From the NCBI RefSeq assembly GCF_041956535.1, contig NW_027192217.1, forward strand, positions 240,196-304,195: DNA of 64,000 nucleotides, given 5' to 3'. Positions 49,253-64,000 of the stretch are shown here, in pieces (within the stretch, counting starts at the first letter, position 1; every line of letters begins with the position of its first letter). The stretch comes from Calcarisporiella thermophila CBS 279.70 (taxonomy: Eukaryota > Fungi > Calcarisporiellomycota). Under the pieces are notes generated by a model, which made no database searches, was not told where the DNA came from, and worked only from the letters and a program-made list of their open reading frames with translations. The position numbers and the translations under genes are program-made.

Positions 49253-52200
49253 ATGTCCGTGGATCCAGCAACCGCTATATTCACGGCAGCCGCCCATAAC
49301 GATGTAGCCTATTTTGAAAATCTCGTGCGCTCCATTTCTCCCGAGGATCTCAATGTTCTACGCAATGAGGAGGGGAAATCCCCCTTGCATGTCGCGGCTG
49401 TCGAAAATGCGGTGGAAGTGGTTCGATTTCTGTGCCAAATGCGCGAGGTGAACATTAATTTGGGAGGTGGGTCCCATTCTGAGCGCAACGAAACGGACCC
49501 ACACCTCACTAACCGATGTCTAATCTGTGTAGATAATGACAATGAAACGGCGTTATATCAAGCTGCAGCGGCTGGCAACGTTGCAGTCGTGGAAGCATTA
49601 ATTCGTGCAGGCGCGATCGTCGATGCCCCCAATAGAGTATGATTCCCATTTGAGCGCTCACTTTAACCCAGGCTCACCGATCTTGCCTTACTAGGAGGGC
49701 ATCACCCCACTCATCATTGCAGCCTACAACAATAATGTCCATGTCGTGATGTGCCTACTTGACCTTGGCCACGCAAATATCAATCACCAAGACACCACCG
49801 GGAAATCCGCCCTCACTCTCGCCGCCTACGAAGGGAGTGTCGCGTGCGTGGACGTGCTTTTAAAGCGCGGAGCCAACATCAACCTCGTGGACCAATACGG
49901 TTGGACGGCGCTGATGCTTTCGGCCTACGGCGGGCAGCTGGAGACCTGCAGGATGCTCGTTCACCACGGCGCAAACACCCAGACCCGCACAAGCAACGGA
50001 AAGGATGCCGTCACGCTGGCCAGGGAGGCTGGGCACCACCATGTGGCGGACATCATCATGGGCGGCCACGTCGCGAGGGCGAGATCGCCCGCGCCTCCGT
50101 ATCAGGAGGAGATCCCGTTGAAGGCCGTGGCCGTTCCCGACCTGCCCTCGCCCGCCAACCCTGGCCACCACGACCCGTTTGTTGCCGCAGGTCGCGTCAC
50201 TCGCTCCATGTCCAGCAAACGTCGCACCCTGGTGAATCGCTACCGCCAGAGCCACCTCGAGGCCGGCAAAACAAACCTCTCGCACGGCCGGAGCCCCATG
50301 AATCCCGGCGATGCCATTGCTCGGTTAGGCGAGCGCCGCGGGCCTGGCGATAATATCCGAAACCAGCCGCCCCCCCAAAAGTATACGTGGTGGGCCGTGT
50401 TTGCTATGGTCGTCACGTGCTGCTTCCCCAACGTGTGTCTCTCGGCGTGTCTCAACAAGAAGAACGAGAGTAACCGGCAAGCGTGGCGAGAAAAGGTGGC
50501 CCTCTGCTTCATCATCGTGTTTGTGTCCGTGGTGATGGGCTTCATGACGTTTGGGCTCTCGCAGCTTGCGTGTACGCCCATTGTGCCCATGGACCCCGAC
50601 GAGGTCGCCCAAAAATACGGACCCAACCAACCCGGGCAAAAGCTGATGATTGTCCGCGGCGAGCTGTATGATTTGGGCTCGTATTTTGCCAATGGTTTTC
50701 ACCGCCCCATTTTGCCCTACGATGGTATTGAATGCTATTACCGCACTGAGCTTGCCCTACTAGACATCTAATCTTGCACCCTGCTTGTGCTTTTTTTTTC
50801 CCCTTTAGACAAACAATTGGAGAGTATCATTAATCCGCTGTTCGGGAGGGATATTTCCAGATTTTTCCCTATTAACCGAGTTGCAAAAGGATGCAAATAC
50901 GGTCCGGCTCAGATACCAGGCTATAATTGCGAGGTGAAGGGGAAAGAGTATTGCCACGTAACACCACTAGCTCTGAATCATCTCCAAAGTCAGTCCATAA
51001 AGAGGTGGATTGCTTACACTTGGCAAAACATCACCCATCCGACCGACGATCGTAAGCTCTTCGTGTATGGCGATAAAGTGTACGATGTGGGAAAATATTT
51101 GCAATTGCCGGACGCCCTGCTGTATTTGGGCGGGGAAAACAAGATACAGATTCGTGACTGGATTCGCGACACCTTAGTGGGCCGAGATGCCACCATGGAT
51201 TTGGTCCACGATGAGAGAACGCGGGAAATTGTCAAGTGCTTGGACGAATTTCTCGTGGGCAAACTCGATGGCACCACTATTGGGTGCTTGATGACCAACT
51301 TGATCATTATTGCTGAGATGGTGATCCTGACGGGAATCATTCTGATCAAATTCGTGGGGGCGGTGACCTTCTCCTGGTTCTTCTCCTGGAAGCTCGGGAA
51401 ATTATCGAAGAAACCCAGGCCCGACGACTCCCTCTCGTACGTTCTCCTCCTGGTGACTTGCTACTCGGAGGGGGAGGCCTCTCTGCGCACCACCCTGGAC
51501 TCGCTAGCCTTGAGCGACTACTCAGACAACCACAAGCTGCTCTTCGTGATTGCGGACGGCAAAATCACCGGAAGCGGAAACTCGAAGCCGACGCCCGATA
51601 TCTGCAAGGATATGATGGAGATGAAGAGCAGGGACGACCCTGAGCCCTCCTCCTATGTGGCCATCGGCGATGGAAACAAGCGCCACAACATGGCCAAGGT
51701 GTACACCGGATACTACAACATCAAGGACCGCCGGGTCCCGATGATCCTTGTTGAAAAGTGCGGCACCCCTGCGGAAATGTCTGGCCCGAAGCCCGGCAAC
51801 CGCGGGAAGCGCGATTCCCAGCTCATCCTCATGCAGTGGCTCAGCAAGGTCACCTTTAACGAGCAAATGACCCCGCTTGAATTCGATATGTTCGAGAAGG
51901 TGCGCGGCCTGATTGGGGTTACGCCGGACAAGTTCGAGATGGTGCTCATGGTGGATGCGGACACGCTCGTGATGCCCGATAGCGTAAGTCGCATGGTCGC
52001 CGCCATGGAGCGTGATGTGGAGGTGATGGGCCTGTGTGGAGAGACCCGGATTGCGAATAAGACTCAGTCTTGGGTGACCATGATCCAAGTGTTCGAATAC
52101 TACATCTCGCACCACCTTGGCAAGGCGTTCGAGTCCGTGTTTGGCGGTGTGACGTGCTTGCCCGGCTGTTTCTGCATGTATCGGGTAAGTCTTTCATCCT

Positions 52201-53419
52201 ACTCCGCACAAGGACGGATGGGCTCACTGGTGTTTCTCTCTGTGTGTGTATGGGGGGGGGGGGGCTCCATGTAGGTAAAGGCGCCGAAGAATGGTGGGGT
52301 TGTGCCCATCCTGGCCAATCCGGACATTGTCGAGATGTATTCCTCGAACGTGGTCGACACGCTCCACCAGAAGAACTTGCTCTTGCTCGGCGAGGATCGG
52401 TACCTGACCACCCTCATGCTCCGCGCCTTCCCAAAGCGCAAGATGATCTATGTGCCAAAGGCAATATGCAAGACCGTGGTCCCCGACGAACTTCGCGTGC
52501 TCCTGTCGCAGCGTCGCCGGTGGATCAACTCCACGATCCATAACCTGATGGAGCTGATTCTTGTCCCCGAGCTCTGCGGTATATTTTGCTGTTCGATGCA
52601 GTTTGTTGTGTTTCTCGACTTGCTGGGTACGGTAGTGATGCCGGCATCACTCCTCTTTCTCGTCTATCTCTGTGTGATGGCCGGACTAGGATTCAACAAT
52701 GTCCTGGTGCCGCTTGTATTGGTGGCGGCCATGTTTGTGCTGCAAGCGGTGCTCATCCTGTTTACCACACGCAAGGTGGTCTACATCCTCTGGATGTTTG
52801 TCTACATTTTTGCCATCCCCGTGTGGAACTTCTTCCTGCCGGTGTACGCGTTCTGGCACTTTGATGGTATGTCATCCGCCGCCCAACCGATGGCCTGCTC
52901 CAAATTCCAATACTAACGATGCTCTGCCCTCTGACAGATTTTAGCTGGGGCGCGACGCGGCAAATCCAGGGCCCCGATGCCGGCCATGGAGGGGGCGGCG
53001 ATCAAGGCGAGATGTTCGACCCTTCCAAGATTCCGATGAAGAAGTGGGAGCAATGGATGCTCATCCGGCGAGAACAGCAGGAGAAGGCGATGGCCATGCA
53101 CGGGGAGACTAGGCCATTCCATGCGCAGCAGCAACACTTGGGACTTCCCCATCCACGATTCCGGCCGAGGTCCCCCGGTTTCCCTACGCCTCCGCGTACT
53201 CCAACTGGCCTGTCGCCCGTCAGGGGACCGCCCTCTCCCCACCTCTATCCGGGGCAGCCGTGGGGTCCGCCTTCTCCCACCGTGCCTCCCTCACCACAGC
53301 CGTCTCCTTCGCTGAGAGGGCCGCCGTCGCTGAGAGGACCGCCGTCGCCAAGGGGACCGCCGTCACCTGGGGGACCACCATCACCAAGACATGCAGTAGC
53401 AAAACCGGGGCATTTTTAG
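49253..53419 (+). CDS. Ankyrin-repeat / chitin synthase fusion (division 2 GT2 with cytochrome b5-like region), about 1265 aa
   Basis: Exons 49253-49466, 49533-49636, 49695-50724, 50809-52184, 52275-52866 and 52938-53419 splice in frame. About 7 ankyrin repeats, then [68 protein letters not shown]. Confidence 0.93.
53215..53390 (+). repeat. Coding tandem repeat, (R)GPPS(P/L) units, about 18 bp period at its core
   Basis: RGPPSP...WGPPSP...[26 protein letters not shown]; DNA tcgctgagagg(g/a)ccgccg is repeated. Confidence 0.8.
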
Positions 53420-53971
53420 AATACTTTTCTTTGTTTGGCTTTTTCATCTAGGCTCGCAATTTTCTCTATTTAATTATTTATTGCTTTATACCATGTTGTT
53501 TCCAACTGTTGTATACGAGGGTGGGAGGATGCATAACACGTAATTAAACTTGAATTGTTGTATGTGCTTTGCTTGCAGCCCGCCTGATCGCGGTCGATCT
53601 TCCGCCCCTGCCGCCCGCTTTGACTTGCATGGCGCCTCTGCACGCTCCTCCCCCGTGCATCCCCCGCTCTCCTCAGGGGACTGCCTTTTTAGGATAGATT
53701 TCAGGTTAGGTTACACCCTGTTTCCATTCTGGAACCTTTGTAAGCCGGGAGTCGCACAAAAAGTGACAAGCCCTATCCACTGAATCCCTATGCTTTTATT
53801 CCAGATCAGGCCTTGCTGGGTACCAGTGAAGCACAGCAACTCTGGCTCTGATTTCTGACTTCATTGAATGGTAGAAGAGCGGCCATTCCTGTCGCTTCCT
53901 AAGGATCCCACCTCCCCTTCCCCTTGTCGCTTTCTGTGAGTGTGCCCTCGCCATTCTGTTTACTCACGAAA

Positions 53972-55122
53972 ATGCCCCATTCTCTCAGTCTCCTCATCCT
54001 GCTGCTCTCCTGCCTCATCTGCCTTCCTTCCCCTGCGCGCTTGGACGAAGTCCCCTCGCCCCAACTCTTCAAGCTCAACAACAGCTGGGCCGCCCCCTTC
54101 CCAGATGCACCGCTGCCCCTCTCCAATCAAACCGCAAACTTCATTCAGCAAAATTGGCGCATTCCGAAAAATGGATTTCTGGGCGGCGCAAACACGATGA
54201 GCTTCGTCCCCGATCCAATTAGCACAACAGGCGGGTTGGCTCTGAAAATCGCCTATCCGATGGGAAGTTACTCGCCCTCTGGCGCAAAAAAACCAAACGG
54301 CGCAGGTGTCGAAGGCGGGGCGCATTTCTACACTCAACCATTTGCACCCAATGCGCAGTGGAAGAGCGCGCTATTGAGCTATTGGGTTGGTTTTCCTAGC
54401 AATTTTCCTTGGTAATGAGCCCTGTATTCGACTCAGATGATGGCGATGCTTGACTAATCATTCTCCATCTACAGGGTCAAGGGAGGCAAGCTTCCCGGCA
54501 TCTATGGGGGGGAAGGCGGCGAAGGGTGCTCGGGTGGTATGCACTCCTATGGGGACAACTGTTTTTCCATGCGCATGATGTGGCGGAACGACGGCGAATC
54601 CGAGGCCTATGCCTATGTTCCTGAGAGCGAAGAGTTTTGCTCAGATCGACCGACCGTCATATGCAATGAGGTCTACGGGACTTCCATTGCCCGCGGAGAG
54701 TTCGAGTTTAGCCTCGGCGCATGGAACAAAATCGACATGTTCATATCGATGAATGATCCTGGCAAGTCGAACGGTGTGCTGAAGGTGTGGCTGAACAACA
54801 CCATGATGGTGGATAAGAACAACGTCCCGTACAGGACCACGGACGCTTTGGGCGTCAGCCGGTAATTATCGCAAGCTTTGCATGCCTTCTTAGGTTAACC
54901 CCATATTCATGTGTGTATCCTCGTCATAGCCTGATGTTTTCGACCTTCTTCGGCGGTGCAACACCGGACTGGGCCACCCCCATCGACACATTCACTGCCT
55001 TTAGAGACATTCAACTGAGTGTGGGAGAGCAGCGATTCTCGTCCGCCCACCGCGCAATGGGCCTCTCTTGGATGGGAACCATTGCATTCACCATGTTGGC
55101 ATGCATTGGATTGCTAATATAG
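53972..55122 (+). CDS. Polysaccharide lyase family 14 (alginate/glucuronan lyase-like), secreted and probably GPI-anchored
   Basis: Signal peptide; YP.GSYSP; spliced FPWVKGGKLPGIYGG..GCSGG..CFS.R.MWR..G..E.YAY; YGTSI.RG; FSTFFGG; C-terminal SSA followed by a hydrophobic tail. Confidence 0.87.
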
Positions 55123-55737
55123 TCACTCATATAATCTGTCTGTCATATATAGCCATTGCTCTACGCAATTTTTCTAATTTTTATTTGTAAGTCTGGATTA
55201 GAAGTCGTTTCTGTTTTTTTTTTTTTAGGATCTATTGTCTCTATATTTCCTTACGTTTTTTTCGTTCCTCCCTATTTCGTTCATAATACACTTGAAATAA
55301 ATAATGCTGCTAATGGAAATTCTGAATCATGGTATTCATATGAAAAGCCTTGTCGGGCCTAATCGTCCTCGATGTAGGATTCATCTAAAATAAGGAGAAA
55401 AAACAAAGGGTGCAGGCGGCTTGGTCTAACTTAAATTAGATAAGTGGCAAAGGATCCAGGCTATCGCTTCTCTTGTACAAGAACAACCATATTTTAAAAA
55501 TCTGGATATAAATCCAGCAGGCAAAAGAAAGAAGAGGGGGGAAGGTGGTAGGAGAGAACGCTATGGTGGTTGCAACGGGGGTAAAGTCTAATTTGTTTTC
55601 CTGGATCTTTTGGACCAGTTCATGCGATTGAACCCACCCCATGATTTCAGAGTCTTTGATTACACTACAACTTGAGGATAAAATAATTTATTGGCAAATA
55701 GCATACTTTCTATGATAAAGGATTAGCCCGCGTTCAC

Positions 55738-56733
55738 TTAGAGATCGAGCTTCGGTGAACCAAACCCAACTCTTCCCATCTTCACGTTCTCTGACTCCAT
55801 GTCGTCCAGGAGCTTGAGCTGTTCACGCACATAGTGCACCATATAGGCAAGGTGCGTCGCTTCACCCGTTGTGGAGGCAAACATATTCCGCCAGATCGCC
55901 GCAGCAAGCACGGGATCATCCTTGCACATGCCCTCGTCAAACGCAACGACAAAGCCGTGGAACTGCTGGAGAAGGTCTTTCATATAACTTGTGACGATCC
56001 GCTCTGAGGAAATCTATTCCAAAAATAAAGCGGCATAAGATGTCAGCAGAAGGGCTGGGTGCCGCGCCCTGTTCGATATTTACCCCATGGGCCCGAATGC
56101 GCTTTTCCGCATCATCAAAGAACCGATTCACTAATTCCTGTGTGAAACTCTTACCGCTCCCCTCCGCCCGCAGCCGCACCATAAGCATCCATACGTGTAG
56201 CAGAGTCACCGAGAACCATGTCTGATAGTTCTCGGGCATTTGGCAAACTTGATGCGATCAGAATCTCAATTAGCACAAGCAAGACATTAGGAATGGGAAT
56301 TAAAAGGTACCTTGAATGTAAAAGTCTTTATCTTTTTCGAATTGTTTAGCGCATTCCTCGTACAGATATTCGCTTACTTTCAGGGCAGTCGATTCCATGG
56401 AATCATAGCCAAAGGTGCGTCCGATTACACGTAAAACCTTACGCGTGGTAGGCGAAAGTTTGAGCGAAGAAGAGTTGTTCTGATTTTGTGGTGTTGACGA
56501 TGTAGCAGAAGGGGATGACGAGGGCGATGGAGAAGAAGCATCGGTGTGGGTCGAAGATAACTAACAAGGTTCAATTATTAGCACAAAATGCCCAATGGAT
56601 TTAAGCCGTGGAGGCTTACTCGTGTAAGGAGTAGAGTCCGTGCCGAAGCTATGGAGCGGCCTGTAGCAGAGTGAAGATTTAGAGGGTAGATTGCCCGCGA
56701 TGTTAATCCTCTTCCTATTCTCAAAGTTGCCAT
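55738..56733 (-). CDS. CBP3: Cytochrome b assembly chaperone Cbp3 (UQCC1)
   Basis: Presequence MATLRIGRGL; MPENYQTWFSVTLLHVWMLMVRLR, FDEG...DD.VLAAAIWRNMF, YVREQL. Confidence 0.92.
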
Positions 56734-58409
56734 GGTAGTCTCCAGGATCATTATTGTTTCGACTTTGTTTAACAGAGATGGAATTGAATGTTCCAAGCCT
56801 CCAGCAGTCACAACAGGGGCAAATTACCGAGATGTCAAGATCCAAGGTTTATGAACGAGTGCCGGTACTGCAGCGCATTTGGGGTCTCAACATGCTTGGA
56901 CGAGACTCTTGTGAGATGGCAAATCTGTCAAAAGTCAAGGTAATTTGCAAGAAGGTGCTCCTATATGTAACTTTTGGTATATTATCTAGAGGAGAATGCT
57001 CGACTATCATTTCGATACAGGTGCGCACGAAAGGGGAAAACAGCGGTTAATATACTAACCCTATGAATCTAGCTTATTCGATTATGAGAAAAACTGATCG
57101 CATAAAAATAAGGTGAAACCTCGAGGTAATCTGCCGAGGCTCATGCTGGACCGGTTTATCCAAGAGCAAAGAAGCCACTTTGAGGGCAGAATCGAGTCTA
57201 TGAGCTATCCAAAGTATTACAAGTGAGCATCTCTCAGAGAGACGATATCCATAATGACCAGTACAATTGAGGTTATTATGATGCTTGCTAAACACTGTAT
57301 CTCTCTAACAATAGGCTCTATTTCGGTGGGATTTGCTTAGGCTTATCGCACAGCGGGCGGGTCTACTGATAAGATATTGGCCTCAAAAATGATCAAGTTT
57401 AGCGGCGAATGTCTTACATAGTTGAGATATCTTTTGCGAGTTACAGAAAACAAGTTGCAAGTTTAGCTACTTTTATGTGTACATAGAATTTTCTATGCAC
57501 CACAAGGCATATTGATCCCCATATCCATCTTGTTATAGATAAATAACATGTGTATACACAGGGGCTACGAATTTGTAAGATGGGATGTTCATGTGGCAAA
57601 TAATGTGGAGGACAAGGGCCTTTGCCCACGGTGCATAGGAGCAGAGAATCCATCGCTAGTTCTAATCACCTAAGCACGTCTTGAGAAAACTTTGATAATC
57701 TAATGTATAGTGTAACTTAGGTGAATTCATCAATTGTATTTTGAACACATATCCTCGGGCGATTTCTTTAATTCTTAAAAGATTATTCTTTAGAGGCCAA
57801 AGGTCTCACTACGAAGATTCCTATATTCTCAACTAGGGAGAGCTGCGTTTAGTAAAACTCTCTCTTTGTATATTATTGTATTGTTGCGCGGAATATGAAC
57901 CCGCCCACGTATTTTTTTTTTTATGAAAGAGCACTGAGAGAACGTCATCGATTCAAATTTCTCCTGGCACTGGTTGCACACTATTAGTTTCGCGTTCCCC
58001 CACTTTTTCTTTTTTCGCTTAATTTCCACCAGGATATACGAGCATTATTATATATTCTTACGAAAGTGTTAAATCCAATTGTTGTAAAGATTCAGATCAA
58101 CCAAAGCCTCTAAGGTAATCTGCTATCCCGCCTTGATTGAATTTTGTAGAGCCCCCAGGAATTCCCTTTAAAAAAGTGGTACGCCGGTGGCATCTAGTTT
58201 CTTGATCAGCTTGGCAAATCTTTATTACATTTCTCACAGCGATCATTTACCATTGTCTAGGAAGAGTTAGCTTAAAATTCGAAATCACTTTGAAGCTGAC
58301 TGTTTTTGACTATATTTCGGACATTGTCCAAAGTCACATCGCGCCTGCCTTTCTCGTCCTTCTTCTCTTCTCCCTTCACTACGTAACACAAATAATTTCA
58401 GCGTGGACT

Positions 58410-62725
<4,316 letters not shown>

Positions 62726-63281
62726 TGGAGATTCGAGCGAGTCAAAACGAGAAGGAATTGAGAAAAGAGAAGAAGAAGAAAAAAAAAGGATATATTCGTG
62801 AAAAACTAATATTTCATTTTTGTTTTGTCACTGAGAACTAGAGAGAATGGATGCTTTTTTTTTTTTGAGCTCTTCTACTACGCCTTCCTTTCGCTAGCGA
62901 CGGCCTTCTCCCCTTTATATATATATTTTACCACTATTCTTTATATTCTAGAAGCCAAGAAAAACAAAGTTATTTTATTCGAGTTGGAAGAGACCGCGGG
63001 GAGGCTCCTCAGGCCAATCTCGCTTCCCCCTGAAATTTAAACTATTCGAAATCCGGCTTCAGATGCACCTTTTGTGTCGTAGGAATCTTAGTAAAATTAA
63101 TAACCCTTTCGCATTTATTTGTCTATTTTATTTTTGGTCTTTCGAGCGTGGATTGTGTAGTTTTCTTCCTCTGGCACCTCTATGTAAATCTGTTTCTTCT
63201 TTAATTTAACTTTAGAAAAGAGGGTTATGGGTAATTTCGCGTGACGCCTGTATTATATTTAACTAATTTTGAGAATTGAAG

Positions 63282-64000
63282 ATGAAGAAAACACCACAGG
63301 GAGGAGCCTCTAAATCGTCGCGTCCCTCCTCTCCCACTCCACAATCTCCAGCTCTAGATCCCACCGCTGACCCTGCATCGCCCCAAGTCGGCGAAGTCTC
63401 CTACAGGAACAGCCATGCTTTGGCTGATTTGCGTCCTGCGACACCTCCAATTATTGGTTCACGCCCTTCAACTCCATGCCTCCAACCCTCCTCATCCCTA
63501 CTAGATGACATTTCTGATGCCGACGTAACCACACCGTCAAGTTCACTCCCGTCTTTCCGACGTTCCCACCGCTCGCGTGGCAGGAAGATTCCGCCGCTCC
63601 CACCCCCACTCCCGGGCCAAGAGAAGCAGCAGCCGCAGGACGAATTTCATGCACCTCAGAGTAGTGGTAAGCGACACAAGCTAGAACGCGTTATGACGGT
63701 GGAGACGGCCTACTCGGATGCAGGAACATTATGGGCGGGTCAACCACCTTCAAAAAGTAGGCGCGGGTCGTCTCAAGTACTTACTTGTCATTTTTTGCAC
63801 GGGATCCATTTGTGTAATTCATCTTCTCGTGTTTACCCTTAGCATGATATCAGCTCAAAAGGGAAGCCTGAGTCCATTCGAATCAAAAGAAAGAGGCGCC
63901 CTGCATTACACCAAGCGTCGACTCCTGCCGAAATCTTTGCCGCTAATATTGCCTCCGCCGTTAGCGAAGCTGAAGGTACCAGGCACTTGAATACGCCCTC
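63282..64000 (+). CDS. VAC7: Vacuolar segregation protein Vac7-like (5' part; runs off the right edge)
   Basis: Ser/Pro-rich N-terminus; after an intron (about 63777-63842) the frame reads ...STPAEIFAANIASAVSEAE, matching the conserved FAA..ASAV.E motif of Vac7. Confidence 0.6.

Noticed and set aside
52252-52264. Intronic G-run (also a G-rich tract in a PYK1 intron near 32788-32805) as a G-quadruplex element
   Set aside because: A simple homopolymer or low-complexity run, with no other evidence of function.
46594-53451. Many overlapping and antisense ORFs of 60-200 aa in the GC-rich block
   Set aside because: Expected from stop-codon scarcity at high GC; they shadow real genes or the GC-rich promoter and show no recognisable motifs.
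56754-58029. Short ORFs between CBP3 and UBP15
   Set aside because: No recognisable domain, no convincing splice structure; treated as intergenic.

Overview
Gene-dense, intron-rich eukaryotic DNA, most consistent with an early-diverging (Mucoromycota/Zoopagomycota-like) fungus. Introns are mostly about 50-90 nt. I can reconstruct about 33 protein-coding genes by hand. Housekeeping genes: ILV2, FAU1, OTU2, TRP2, TMEM115-like, SSC1, TMA46, URA6, MDP1, pyruvate kinase, MED20, RNase H2B, a DHHC palmitoyltransferase, LAMTOR1-like, CBP3, UBP15 and a partial VAC7-like gene. There are three transcription factors (TEA, forkhead, atypical Zn2Cys6) and several secreted or surface orphans. No tRNA, rRNA, CRISPR array or intact transposon is recognisable. 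The most interesting items are: (1) a division-2 chitin synthase fused in one reading frame to about 7 N-terminal ankyrin repeats, in a GC-rich block between a divergent non-canonical Zn2Cys6 gene and a GPI-anchored PL14 lyase; (2) a Kex2-type repeat precursor that would release three TLGL-initiated Cys-rich peptides, with a poly-Asn tail; (3) a TEA factor with an apparent animal TEAD-type YAP-binding domain and five TEA-binding motifs in its own promoter; (4) a 77-aa, 4-exon ASDURF-like prefoldin microprotein missed by the ORF track; (5) a GPI protein with two copies of an unassigned 8-Cys module. Family assignments come from motifs I recognise, not from database searches.
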